Shown in pieces: positions 19,202 to 29,684 of a DNA stretch of 64,000 nucleotides. The notes under the pieces are model-generated. The model saw only the letters and a list, made by a program, of their open reading frames with translations, did not search any database and was not told the DNA's origin. A program made the position numbers and the translations under genes. Position 1 is the stretch's first letter. Each line of letters begins with the position of its first letter. The DNA is from Candidatus Heimdallarchaeota archaeon (GTDB lineage: Archaea; Asgardarchaeota; Heimdallarchaeia; Heimdallarchaeales; Heimdallarchaeaceae), in assembly GCA_030603365.1 (NCBI GenBank), contig JAUVXV010000006.1, positions 96,001-160,000 on the forward strand. Reading direction: 5' to 3'.

Positions 19202-20236
19202 CTAACGTTCCAGATCTCTTAATTTCTGAAAAATTTTATCAGTCAGAATTTCTCTTTCTTTGCTATGATGAAATCTTTGATGGCAATTTGGACATACAGC
19301 AACAACATTATCGGGAGAATCTGTTCCACCATCACTTAAGGGAACCAAATGATGTATCTCTAAAAAAGGTTCCTCATTTTCAGTTATGAAAGGCGCTGGA
19401 CTATCGCAGCATTCACACTTACCCTTTGATCGTATCTTAGCATACTTGCGGACATTATGATCCCTTAAGTATTGTATAGTTTCAATTGTACTTTTCCTGA
19501 TATTTTCTAGTTTGCTTCTTATGATTTCTAACAGATCACCCAAGTTTTTTTCTTCAACTATTTGTTCGATTAATTTCTCATAACTCTGAAGAATATCAGT
19601 AGAAACGGCACTAGTGTCATATATCATTGATTTATCTTCATTCTCAGCGATATTAACTAACCAAGGATTAACCAATCTTAACAGATTTGTTTTCATTTCT
19701 ATAAAAGTTTCTTCGTTCAGAACAGGATGTAGAAGTTTGATCTCTTGTGGAATGCTTAATTTGTAATAATAGTTTCGACCTCTCTTTCCTTTACTTAGAA
19801 GGCCTTCTTCAATTCTCTTAGTTATCTTATAAACTCTAAAAATAGCTAGATATCCTTGTTCTTGATTCTCAAAATAATTAAATGGAGCAATTGGATCCCA
19901 GACTTGAAAGAATCTGTTGCACAGATTTTCAAACATTTCATAATTAACATTAACCTTTAGATAAGAATCAATGAAGGCAACATATTCCAAAGGGAAAGGT
20001 TCATTCAAGATACTGTTTTCATTTAATGAACCTAAAGAAGATAGTTTGAATGTTGCTTTTGTTAATTTAGTATCAAGTAAGAAAGGACCGATATGAGGAT
20101 TCATTTCCTTTTTACAGAGCAGTATTTGATGGTTTTTATATAAATTCTCAAAACCAAATGTCATAGAAAAGATATTTACAATCTCATCGCGTAATGCATA
20201 TATTAGTTCCATGACATTCACCTTACTTAGTCTCAA
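19202..20236 (-). CDS. HNH endonuclease (McrA-like C-terminal domain)
   Basis: CECC...FLEIHHLVPLSDGGTDSPDNVVAVCPNCHQRFH; 4-bp overlap with the ATPase gene. Confidence 0.88.
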   Translation of the reverse strand: MRLSKVNVMELIYALRDEIVNIFSMTFGFENLYKNHQILLCKKEMNPHIGPFLLDTKLTKATFKLSSLGSLNENSILNEPFPLEYVAFIDSYLKVNVNYEMFENLCNRFFQVWDPIAPFNYFENQEQGYLAIFRVYKITKRIEEGLLSKGKRGRNYYYKLSIPQEIKLLHPVLNEETFIEMKTNLLRLVNPWLVNIAENEDKSMIYDTSAVSTDILQSYEKLIEQIVEEKNLGDLLEIIRSKLENIRKSTIETIQYLRDHNVRKYAKIRSKGKCECCDSPAPFITENEEPFLEIHHLVPLSDGGTDSPDNVVAVCPNCHQRFHHSKEREILTDKIFQKLRDLER

Positions 20237-23200
20237 ACATTCTTTACTGACCTTCCACCATGTGTTGTTGATCGAGGTCTTATTTTTATTTTCTTCATTC
20301 CCATTGTAAAATCTAAGCGGTTTGCTTCTTTAGCCCATATTAGTGCCTCACCTTTCTCAAGATTAGAAAGTTCTTTTATGTCAACATCTTCCATGCTACT
20401 TAGTTTCTTCTTAAGAATTTTCAACCAATCTGGAACAACAGTTTTATGAATTATTACAATTTCAGAAAGCTCAATTATTGTATCAGCTATAGATTTAGGA
20501 TCTTGAGATGATACAACTAGAGAAACTCCTCTATGTCTTACTTCTCTATTTAATGTAACTATTTCTTCTTTCATTGAAGTTGAGAAGTATTTGTGAGCTT
20601 CATCAAACACTATTAATTTATTCCCCTCCCCTCGTTCAGATGCTACTCTAGCAAAAATCAAGAATAAGGACATAGCAGTATTCTTATCCATTAGTTTTTC
20701 TCTAACATCTACAATAACTGTATCACCCTTGTTGATGTACTTAAATGCATGATTTTCTTTAGAGATATATCTCCTGGCAAGATTAATCCTTCGTTTTGCT
20801 AATTTCTTTTGATTTAGACTTAATTCATCATCTTCTTCAACAAGTTTTAGTAAATTGGTAGGTGTAAGTTCACTCTCTCCGTAATATAATTCATTCAGAA
20901 ATTCATGTATAACTTGAATATATAAGGAATCATTTGAATCAGCAAAAAGCAACAGTCTCCAGCCATCAATTCCTAAGTCTTCAGGATGGAAGAAAAGAGG
21001 AAATACATCGATTTTTGATTCATTCTCATATATTTTCTTTTGTTCTTCATAAGATCTAGGAGTAACAAACACCTTGATTTTCTCTAGAGGAACTGCATGT
21101 TGGTTATATTTCAATAACAAAGCATTCAATTCGTCTTCATTATCGTTTTTATCAATTAAGCTTAGATATTCAGGGGCATATGAAGTGTCTTGATGAAAAT
21201 GGAAAATTATGGTCTGGAGTTTAGAATGAATATTATTCAAACCAGGAGGCAAATTTTGAGCAGCTTCTATAATTACTCCTGTTGTATAACTCTTACCACT
21301 TCCTTTAGCTCCCAGTATTACTGTAGTCAGAGGTTCATTCATGTTTACTGCTACTTTCTTATTCTGATATTCTCCAATAATGCCCCATTCTTCAGCAACA
21401 CTATCACCAGTTGTACCAAGCATTATTTCTGGGTCCAAAACTGGTGCAATACTTATTTCCGCTGTAACTTCCTCTAGCTCATCTTTTAATTTTGTTACTG
21501 GTTCTTCAACTTCAATTGGTTTTATTTCCATTACATCTTCTAGTGTTTCATCTTCAATAACTTCAAGTGCAGTAAAACTTTCTTGAGATGTTATTATAGG
21601 AGTTTCTGTTACTGCTTCTAATGCTTCTTTTTCAATTACTTCAATTTCATCCACAATATCAAGTAGAACAGCTATTTTCTCAAGTCCAAATAAGAAAATT
21701 CCATCCAGTTCTAATTCAGGATCTATATCTTCTGCAGAAACATAAGGGTCAAAACCAAACACTTTGCCATACAGCAGTTTATTTTCTGTTTTATAACCAA
21801 AAAATGTCTCATAATTCTGTCTTTGAATTTTTTCAATGACATCTATAAGAAATTCATGTACAATTAATGCTTTATCTGTTTCAAAATATCTAAAGAATCT
21901 TCTAACATTTTTCTCCAATAATTGAGCTAATTCTAGATCTCTCAAACTAGAATTATAATCTCCAAATCTATGAAATCTATGTTTAAGGATGAGATATGCA
22001 GATTCAATTTGTTCCTTAGCACCTGATATTACATCTCTTTTACTTGCACTTTCACCATGCTTAGCTTCAATTGGAATCATAGTTATATTTATTTTCTCAA
22101 GATCTTGTCCATCTCTCTCTATTACGATCTCAAGCAAATCATCACTTAGTTTAGAGAATTTCTCAGAATCATCATTTTTCCAAGCTTCGATATAATGATA
22201 ATTAGAAATCACAATTCGGATTGATTTTATATCTCCATTTTCAATTTTCACTAGAGGTTGATTTTGATTCCCCTTTAGTAGTTCGAATAGTGCTAGTACT
22301 TCTCCTAACTTTCCTGTTAAATTTGGATATTCATCCTTTAGTGCAGATAATGCCCAACTCCCTGCTAGATAGTTAAGAGACGATAGCAACATGTTCATTG
22401 TTTTTTCTTTGTGTATCTCATGTTGACAAAGAAGTTTTAGCTGGTTTTTCATAATGGCCAATATATAATCAATTTGTTCAGTTGTGACTATAACATTGGA
22501 ATGATTAATTTGGCTTTCAAATGGTGGAGAAAAATCTATTAAATATTCAACCTGGTCATTTAAAGCACGATCAAATAACTCAACCCCTAGATCTTGATCA
22601 ATAAAACATGCCCAATCAGTGTTTTGATGTAATGAAGTTATAATATCTTTCATTTTAGGCTCAATCTGTAGCATCAAAGATAATAAATTATTCTCATCAT
22701 AGGTTTGATGAATTGACGCTGAAAAACAAGTCATTGTGTGAAGTAGTTGGTTATATATTACAGTAAAATCAGAATCAGAATTTGGAATTGCTTGAATATT
22801 GTTTGTTGGATATGTAAACATACCTCTATAAAATCGACTATCTGAAGGATCAAATTTGGTATCATAATAGCTAAATATACTCGATTGTGTAGAACTAAAA
22901 CGATTTGCTTTTGGAGTACTAACACGTATTGAATCATGAAAAATACCAGAAATGAATGTCAAATGGGAATACGGAAGATTCTCTATCACTTTTATAGTCT
23001 CACTTAGTTCACTTCTTTTGTCAGGTGAAACATTTGAAATAACGTATGAGATGGAACTCATCATTTGTGCTTCAAAATCATTAGGATTAGGCTTCGAAAA
23101 GAATTCTACAAAACTTCTTCCTAATTCATAACTAGGAACATCTTCTCTTGAAAAAAGACTGATATTATATTTGAGTTCCAAATCACGATATCTTTTCTTT

Positions 23201-25884
23201 CTGTTTAGTTTCAGAAGCGCATCAAGAAGATGTTGTCCACGTGATGGATTAATAAAATTAATACTAATAGTTGTATTTTTTTGAAGTAGATATGGATGAG
23301 ATACAAGATAATTTTCGATTTTATCATGAATAATCTTGGTTAAATCAAGACCTTGTTCTAGAGACGAGAAGTCTAATATTTCATTTATAATGGATTCTCC
23401 TTCAATTCTTTGATTCTGCTCATAACCTTTTCTCTTTTCAGCAAGAGAGATATAAATTCCCCAAGAATCATATTTCGAGGTTAATTTTAAATAAGTAGTA
23501 TCTAGGAGTGTATCTGCTTCAGTATTCTGTCCCAAATTTAGAAGAAGGGGTATAGAGCTTCTCTTAATTTTGTCAACATCATACCTTGAAATCTTACTGA
23601 TTTTATTATCAGTTTCAAACCATGAGTAAAACTGTTTTTGTTTAAGCAATAAATTAAGTAACATCAAAGGATGAAGAGGTGTCATCAGACCTATATAGGG
23701 ATCATTTTCCTTATTCTGAATGAAAATAAAATCAAAGAATAACAGAATAGATCTGTAATCAAATACTTTCTCTTCCTTTTGATAAATATTCTTTTCACTA
23801 GAAAGAAGTGAAAGATATGTAAATGCATATTCATAGATTATATTTTCATAGGGAATCAGGTTAATAGTAAAGATTGGTAGATTCAGAGTTTTAATTCTGT
23901 CCTCGATTTTTTTAAATAATGTTTTTCTACAATTGATGAAACTTTCAAATTCTGTCATTTCTTTAATTGTGTTTATTCTATCTGCTGCCCAACTATGATT
24001 AATCAGATCTAATTCAATTTCAGAATTAGGTATAAAATTAAGTTGTTCTATTCTTTTACATGAAGGAAAGGGGTTCATTTCTTTTTCAGAAAGAATCCAT
24101 TTTTCAAGTTCAAATAGATCCGAAGAATATTCAATTACATATGTTTCATTTGTTTTCTGATTCTTCAATGTGAGAGATTTATTTACATATGATATATAAT
24201 CAATTAAAGGCTCTCCGAATTTCATGAAATCTAGACTATCAATATTAACATTAAAAATATCTCCTAGTTGAATTTGACTAGATTCCTTGTTAAATTGTGA
24301 TTCAAAGAGTATATCGTAAATGGACTCACTTCTTTCTGCATAGTCTTTATCTCTATAAATCTTATAATTCAGATAGACAGATTCATTTTTATATTTTATT
24401 TGAAGAGTTCCTTCATCTTCCAATTCATCAGTTGATATTACAATTTGTTTTCTCTCAGTTATAAATTTGAAACTAACTTCTAAATCCTCAGGAGATTCAT
24501 CTTCATATGCTTCTTTCAATACATTGAAAGAATCTGAGGTTTCTCCTATTATTGCAAGTATTAGGGAATCATTAACATTGTCATCAATATAGAAATTATT
24601 TTTTTCAAGGTTTCCATTAATTTCATAAACTTCCCAATTTCTAAGACCACTATTGTAAATGAAATAGTAATTAATGGGTTCACGAACTTTAGATCTTGCT
24701 GTAGGCTTATAACTAAAAGTGATATAATTCAATCCATCATGCCAATTCTTTTTCTTGATCGAAAAGGTAAAATCAGTTTCATTTTTTGGAACTGGAAGTG
24801 TCTGTTTAGTTGAAGATTCATTAATTGTAAATAGTAATTGTTCTTGACCAGACAAGTATCTGGATATAGTAAACTTTAGACTAAGAGAATCTTCAGTTAC
24901 ATTAAAAATGCTCTGTAATGAGGTTGAAAATATGCACTCACTTGAACTGTGCTTTGTTTTATCCAATTCTATATTCAAAAAAGAGAACTTCTGAGCTACT
25001 TCTGAAGGTTTTTCAAGTTTTGATACTATTTTAGAGAGGAGTAATTCTTCAGGCCAATTTCTGAAAATTTCATTAATTTCTGAAGTAGATTGGTGTCTAA
25101 TCCAAGAATCCACTTCTTGAGCTTTGGAGGGGTCACAATAATCTTCAAGTATGTAAAAAACACTATCTCCCGATTGTATTGCTTCTTTTATATTTCTTGA
25201 GATTTTCATATTAATTTCTAAATATTCATGAGTATTCACAGAAAATTTAGTAAATGAAAGCTCATCATCTCTAATCAGACCAATCAAATGAAGTTTCTTA
25301 GCGAAATCAACTTCAGAATCTGCAGATAATATTTTTTGAATAAAATTAAATAGATCACTGAAATTCTTATAAACAAAATTATCAGATTTGCTTTCTAGAT
25401 AATTTTTCAAAAAATCCAAATATGAACTCATAGGTTTATCATGCAATTTGTCTATTTGATTCATCAAAATTTCTCTTCTAGATAGAAAAGATTTGGAAAT
25501 CATCAAACCAGCTGTAGCTAAAGAGTCTAGATTTAGCATATTTGGAGTAGCAATATAGAGTAGTGTTTTATCTGTTTGTCTTGAAAGATCTCGTATCTTA
25601 ACTGCAAATCCTTGAGAACAATTATACTTTGAGTCAATCAAATCATCTGTAATCAAACAAACTGCGACATCAGAATCTTTTGCCCAACTATTCAAATGAT
25701 TATTTTCCGGAAAAGAGAGTTTTTCGCTTTTCCCTGTATTTGTTAATAGATCATACAAAGATTCCAGAATTTTTCCATCAGTATCAGCAAATAGCAATAT
25801 TGATTTTGAGACAGTTTCTTTATTATCTTCTAAAATTTCCTCAATAGCTTTTGCGATTTCTGTATGTATTTTTTGATATTTCAT
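20233..25884 (-). CDS. Large DptH/MAD8-like protein with C-terminal HerA/FtsK-type ATPase
   Basis: GAKGSGKS Walker A, LIVFDEAH Walker B, REVRHRG, SSQDP, RPRSTTHGG; internal DLL...IEAKHG nuclease-like motif. Confidence 0.75.
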   Translation of the reverse strand: MKYQKIHTEIAKAIEEILEDNKETVSKSILLFADTDGKILESLYDLLTNTGKSEKLSFPENNHLNSWAKDSDVAVCLITDDLIDSKYNCSQGFAVKIRDLSRQTDKTLLYIATPNMLNLDSLATAGLMISKSFLSRREILMNQIDKLHDKPMSSYLDFLKNYLESKSDNFVYKNFSDLFNFIQKILSADSEVDFAKKLHLIGLIRDDELSFTKFSVNTHEYLEINMKISRNIKEAIQSGDSVFYILEDYCDPSKAQEVDSWIRHQSTSEINEIFRNWPEELLLSKIVSKLEKPSEVAQKFSFLNIELDKTKHSSSECIFSTSLQSIFNVTEDSLSLKFTISRYLSGQEQLLFTINESSTKQTLPVPKNETDFTFSIKKKNWHDGLNYITFSYKPTARSKVREPINYYFIYNSGLRNWEVYEINGNLEKNNFYIDDNVNDSLILAIIGETSDSFNVLKEAYEDESPEDLEVSFKFITERKQIVISTDELEDEGTLQIKYKNESVYLNYKIYRDKDYAERSESIYDILFESQFNKESSQIQLGDIFNVNIDSLDFMKFGEPLIDYISYVNKSLTLKNQKTNETYVIEYSSDLFELEKWILSEKEMNPFPSCKRIEQLNFIPNSEIELDLINHSWAADRINTIKEMTEFESFINCRKTLFKKIEDRIKTLNLPIFTINLIPYENIIYEYAFTYLSLLSSEKNIYQKEEKVFDYRSILLFFDFIFIQNKENDPYIGLMTPLHPLMLLNLLLKQKQFYSWFETDNKISKISRYDVDKIKRSSIPLLLNLGQNTEADTLLDTTYLKLTSKYDSWGIYISLAEKRKGYEQNQRIEGESIINEILDFSSLEQGLDLTKIIHDKIENYLVSHPYLLQKNTTISINFINPSRGQHLLDALLKLNRKKRYRDLELKYNISLFSREDVPSYELGRSFVEFFSKPNPNDFEAQMMSSISYVISNVSPDKRSELSETIKVIENLPYSHLTFISGIFHDSIRVSTPKANRFSSTQSSIFSYYDTKFDPSDSRFYRGMFTYPTNNIQAIPNSDSDFTVIYNQLLHTMTCFSASIHQTYDENNLLSLMLQIEPKMKDIITSLHQNTDWACFIDQDLGVELFDRALNDQVEYLIDFSPPFESQINHSNVIVTTEQIDYILAIMKNQLKLLCQHEIHKEKTMNMLLSSLNYLAGSWALSALKDEYPNLTGKLGEVLALFELLKGNQNQPLVKIENGDIKSIRIVISNYHYIEAWKNDDSEKFSKLSDDLLEIVIERDGQDLEKINITMIPIEAKHGESASKRDVISGAKEQIESAYLILKHRFHRFGDYNSSLRDLELAQLLEKNVRRFFRYFETDKALIVHEFLIDVIEKIQRQNYETFFGYKTENKLLYGKVFGFDPYVSAEDIDPELELDGIFLFGLEKIAVLLDIVDEIEVIEKEALEAVTETPIITSQESFTALEVIEDETLEDVMEIKPIEVEEPVTKLKDELEEVTAEISIAPVLDPEIMLGTTGDSVAEEWGIIGEYQNKKVAVNMNEPLTTVILGAKGSGKSYTTGVIIEAAQNLPPGLNNIHSKLQTIIFHFHQDTSYAPEYLSLIDKNDNEDELNALLLKYNQHAVPLEKIKVFVTPRSYEEQKKIYENESKIDVFPLFFHPEDLGIDGWRLLLFADSNDSLYIQVIHEFLNELYYGESELTPTNLLKLVEEDDELSLNQKKLAKRRINLARRYISKENHAFKYINKGDTVIVDVREKLMDKNTAMSLFLIFARVASERGEGNKLIVFDEAHKYFSTSMKEEIVTLNREVRHRGVSLVVSSQDPKSIADTIIELSEIVIIHKTVVPDWLKILKKKLSSMEDVDIKELSNLEKGEALIWAKEANRLDFTMGMKKIKIRPRSTTHGGRSVKNV

Positions 25885-27665
25885 TGTTTCATCGCCAACC
25901 CATAAACAAATTGTGCCTCTTTAGCATCCGAAGCCTCATAAAATAGACCTAACTTACTTAAAGCTGCTTTCAATCCCTTATTCTCTATACTATCTGGATC
26001 TTCAACAAACGATATTATAATTCCTCGATTTTTCAAGAAGTCCTTAAAATCATCAAAAACAATAATATTATTGTTATTCAGAGTTGAGATTTGTGCAAAA
26101 ATCTGAATCAATGTGTCTGATAATGTATAGTAATTACCTACGCCTCTTCTTTTCTGCATGAAACCAGTTCCACCAGAATAAGACATATTTCTGAAGAATG
26201 CAAAGAAATGTTTTCTAGAATCATTTGCTGAGGTTTGCTTATTATAATGTGCCATTATTACATCAAAGAGTCTTTTGATGTTAGTACCTTTATTGAATTC
26301 ATTTTTCTGTAACTCTTGGAAATAATCCTTTTTTCTTTCAACTGTTATATTCTGAAGTTCCAAATATCTAGAAATACATAAACCAAAATAGATTTCAACA
26401 AAATTCCTGAAATCTTCTTCCGATTCATATGATTCATGAAAATCACTAAACGAATAGAATTGATTTGTGCTATAGTACTTGTTCATACAGGATCTGATAT
26501 GATTGAAAATTATTGAATAGGGAGCTAATTTTAGAACTAGATTTGCATCTTCCTTACATTTTTCTAGATAAGCAGTTTTTTTGTGAACTACTGGATCATC
26601 ATCAATTTTAGGATAAATTCTTGGTGTGCATTCACAATTTTGAATGTCATTTCTAGTAAATTGACATTTTGAACAATCTATTACATCTAATTGTCTTCTT
26701 TTTGCTGGAGACATTTTAAAAATCTCACTCATATTCTTTTCAAAAATGTATGATAATCTTAAAATGTATAAAGCTAGATGAGAAGATAAAACAGTATAGA
26801 ACCAGTGTATTATAGTCTCTTTATTAAAGGATTCTCCCATATTCAAGATGTTCAACAGATCAGAGCGTATTTGATCAGTATGTAGTTCGCAAATTGGAGA
26901 TTCTAATGAATCCACAACACCAAGAAGTTTTGTGCGTGATTCTTGCAAGTTCGGTAAGTTTAATTTATTGATTCTTTCCTGAATTGAGTTAATTAGAACT
27001 TTACCTAAAATTCCTAGAGAATCAATATTTTCCTTAGCAAGAAATGAACGTAGTTTTTCCAAAACCTGTATTTTGTTTATACCCTCCTTCTTTTGGTTAG
27101 TCAAAAGCTGTAGTAACAAATTCTTAATTCTGATAGCTTCCTTAACACCCCAAATTATGCTTATTTTAACATTAAATGGAAAGAGAGTTATGAATTTATT
27201 ATCAATTTTAGCAGGTTTATCTTCTCTATACATTGCCCAATTTTCAAAAATCCATTGGTTAAGTATTGTTTTTGCTCTTTCTTGTTTTATTTGAGAGTCT
27301 TTGGATTCATGGAAATCAATTTCTATTATTTCATCTTCATAATCCTTAAAATCTTCGAAATTCATATTTTCTAGCATCAATTCTGAGACAGAAGTAACAT
27401 CCAAAGGATTCTTCGGATTTCGTTTGAAATGCTGACCAGTATGTGACAATTGAACTAACAAAGTAAAAACCTCACACACATTAACACCAAGAGGTGAGGA
27501 AGGTAGAATATCTCTCGAAGTTCTAGCATGAAATTCTCTTTCTGAATATGGAATGCTAATTTCGGTTTTATTCTTCCAGATAAATTCTGTATCATCTTTG
27601 AGATGACTTATTTTATCAACATGTTTTTTGTAATACTTTCTAATCATCAACATTGTAACCTCCAA
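25881..27665 (-). CDS. DptG/MAD7-like protein
   Basis: C-terminal FLKNRGI...LGLFYEASDAKEAQFV resembles the DptG end; position in operon. Confidence 0.65.
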   Translation of the reverse strand: MEVTMLMIRKYYKKHVDKISHLKDDTEFIWKNKTEISIPYSEREFHARTSRDILPSSPLGVNVCEVFTLLVQLSHTGQHFKRNPKNPLDVTSVSELMLENMNFEDFKDYEDEIIEIDFHESKDSQIKQERAKTILNQWIFENWAMYREDKPAKIDNKFITLFPFNVKISIIWGVKEAIRIKNLLLQLLTNQKKEGINKIQVLEKLRSFLAKENIDSLGILGKVLINSIQERINKLNLPNLQESRTKLLGVVDSLESPICELHTDQIRSDLLNILNMGESFNKETIIHWFYTVLSSHLALYILRLSYIFEKNMSEIFKMSPAKRRQLDVIDCSKCQFTRNDIQNCECTPRIYPKIDDDPVVHKKTAYLEKCKEDANLVLKLAPYSIIFNHIRSCMNKYYSTNQFYSFSDFHESYESEEDFRNFVEIYFGLCISRYLELQNITVERKKDYFQELQKNEFNKGTNIKRLFDVIMAHYNKQTSANDSRKHFFAFFRNMSYSGGTGFMQKRRGVGNYYTLSDTLIQIFAQISTLNNNNIIVFDDFKDFLKNRGIIISFVEDPDSIENKGLKAALSKLGLFYEASDAKEAQFVYGLAMKQ

Positions 27666-29566
27666 GAGAAAAATGAACCTTTTTCATCCGTATTAATCTT
27701 TAAAGTACACATGTCTTGTGCAATTAAATCTAATTTATAATCCTTTGAAGAAGCTAAATAGAGTAGTTTTCTTTTAATTAATTCAATTTCTTCATATTTT
27801 CTTTGATCCAGAGTACTTGGACGATAACCGTAAGCCATTTTAAAAAGAAAATAATAGGTTTTGAAATCTAGCTCAAAACTGATAGGTTTATCTCCATTAA
27901 CTCGCAAAATAATTTGGATTCTTATCGGTAACTGTGCAAAAACGTCTCGAAATTCATATGAAAAAGGTATTCTTATTTCTGATTTTCGCATATCTATAGA
28001 TAACCTAACTAAAGATGAAACTGAAGGAATACGGTTTAATCTAAGAATTTTTTTCTGTAAAACTATTTCATTTGGTTCTTTGTTGAACTTTTGTAATGTA
28101 TCAGCGTAAGAGTCACTTAAAGAAAGTGCTCTACAAATTCTTCTGATCAGTCTAAACTTCAGCTTATCAGGGATTTCATTATTAGCTTCATTTTTGTATC
28201 TGACAAGATTTCTAAATTCATCTAAACATTGAGATTTAATGTCTTGATCTTTTATTTGAGTTTCAGGTATAGGAAATTGCTGAAAGAAAAATTGACGTTG
28301 AATTATATACTGAAAGGATTCGCTCTTTAACGATCTTAATTCATTCATAACTGATTTAATATAGCGTTGATTTTGATTTTCTCTACCAATTAGTTCTTCT
28401 TCCATTTCAGCAATATCTTTCTGTAATCTTATGAAAAAGATCTCTTCAAGAGAATCGAAATTTTCCTTCATTCTTCCAATTTCGGAAACTAAACTTGCAA
28501 AACTATAAGACATGTAATTTATCCAATTTTTCGTAGATAGAAAAATCGGACGATAATTTTTGAAGAAATCAAGTGTTTTAAGATCAATTAATTTGTATAG
28601 TGCCTTTTCGTTTAGCAAGAATATCTTATTGTAGAATAAATGATCAAATTGAGATCTGTCTCCGCTTTCATCAAATTCTCTTTTAAATTCAATAATTTCT
28701 TCCTGACATGTTTGAAATTTATACTCACTAAAATGGCCTGCTATTAGATAAGAGATTGTTTCTAAGAATAAACGTAGAGTAATATGTGAGGTTTCTTCGA
28801 TTTCATATTTCATGAATAAATTTTTTATTTGCTCTTTTACTGTATCATTATTATTTATCATTGAAATATTGGAAATTAAATAGCAGTAATTTCTAACAGA
28901 ACATTCTTGACATTGAGAGGATAAAACAACTTTTTCATTTAGATTTGTTATTATTGAATCGAATATCGAATCATTACCAGCAAAAATATCTCTAATAGAC
29001 AAGTCAATAAATGATACATTCCACACAGGTTCTTTTGTTGTTGGTTTTTCTTGTTTAATAGGCAAATTAAGATTCTTTAGTGTAAAATATTCAAGCCATT
29101 TATACTTTTGTACTGTATCTTTCATATTCTTGAAAAAGTGCATTAACATACCAGTGTTAATTGCAATCATCTTTAGTACCTTAGGTTTATTTTGGATAGA
29201 TGAATCACTATACTCTCTAAAGAATATTTTAAGATCATCTAATTGGTTTTTATCTGGTTTATCTGCATGACTTGCATCTAGATTATATTCAATTCTTCTT
29301 CCATTTATCGTATTGCCAATTAATTCTTTAAACTTCGAAAGAAAAACTGTTTTTCCATCACCTGCTGTTCCAGAAATAATTATCAAATCAATTTGATTAG
29401 ATGTATTTTCTTTTTCAGTTATAATTTGAACAAGTTTTTCCTCAAAAGTAGGTACATATAAAAGTTCTTGATCACCTAATAATTCAGTTCCAGCGACAAC
29501 ATTAGATCCACCTTTATTAAAACTACTAATTATCTGTAAATAATTCTTCATTTTCCCCACCAGCAT
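27647..29566 (-). CDS. DptF-like P-loop NTPase
   Basis: IIISGTAGDGKT, NLDAS, IAINTGML, CxxC...C. Confidence 0.7.
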   Translation of the reverse strand: MLVGKMKNYLQIISSFNKGGSNVVAGTELLGDQELLYVPTFEEKLVQIITEKENTSNQIDLIIISGTAGDGKTVFLSKFKELIGNTINGRRIEYNLDASHADKPDKNQLDDLKIFFREYSDSSIQNKPKVLKMIAINTGMLMHFFKNMKDTVQKYKWLEYFTLKNLNLPIKQEKPTTKEPVWNVSFIDLSIRDIFAGNDSIFDSIITNLNEKVVLSSQCQECSVRNYCYLISNISMINNNDTVKEQIKNLFMKYEIEETSHITLRLFLETISYLIAGHFSEYKFQTCQEEIIEFKREFDESGDRSQFDHLFYNKIFLLNEKALYKLIDLKTLDFFKNYRPIFLSTKNWINYMSYSFASLVSEIGRMKENFDSLEEIFFIRLQKDIAEMEEELIGRENQNQRYIKSVMNELRSLKSESFQYIIQRQFFFQQFPIPETQIKDQDIKSQCLDEFRNLVRYKNEANNEIPDKLKFRLIRRICRALSLSDSYADTLQKFNKEPNEIVLQKKILRLNRIPSVSSLVRLSIDMRKSEIRIPFSYEFRDVFAQLPIRIQIILRVNGDKPISFELDFKTYYFLFKMAYGYRPSTLDQRKYEEIELIKRKLLYLASSKDYKLDLIAQDMCTLKINTDEKGSFFSWRLQC

Positions 29567-29655
29567 TTATGAGTTTATTTCTAAGGCAAATTCAAGCCTT
29601 GTATACTAAAAAGAAATGATTGTTAATTAATAAGTTTAATTGAGAGTAGATAGAT

Positions 29656-29684
29656 ATGGTATTTTTTTAAATAATTATAACCAT
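29656..29684 (-). promoter_or_regulatory. Perfect ATGGT-N19-ACCAT site upstream of the DptFGH-like operon
   Basis: atggtatttttttaaataattataaccat; CTTATTAA on - from ~29634. Confidence 0.65.
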
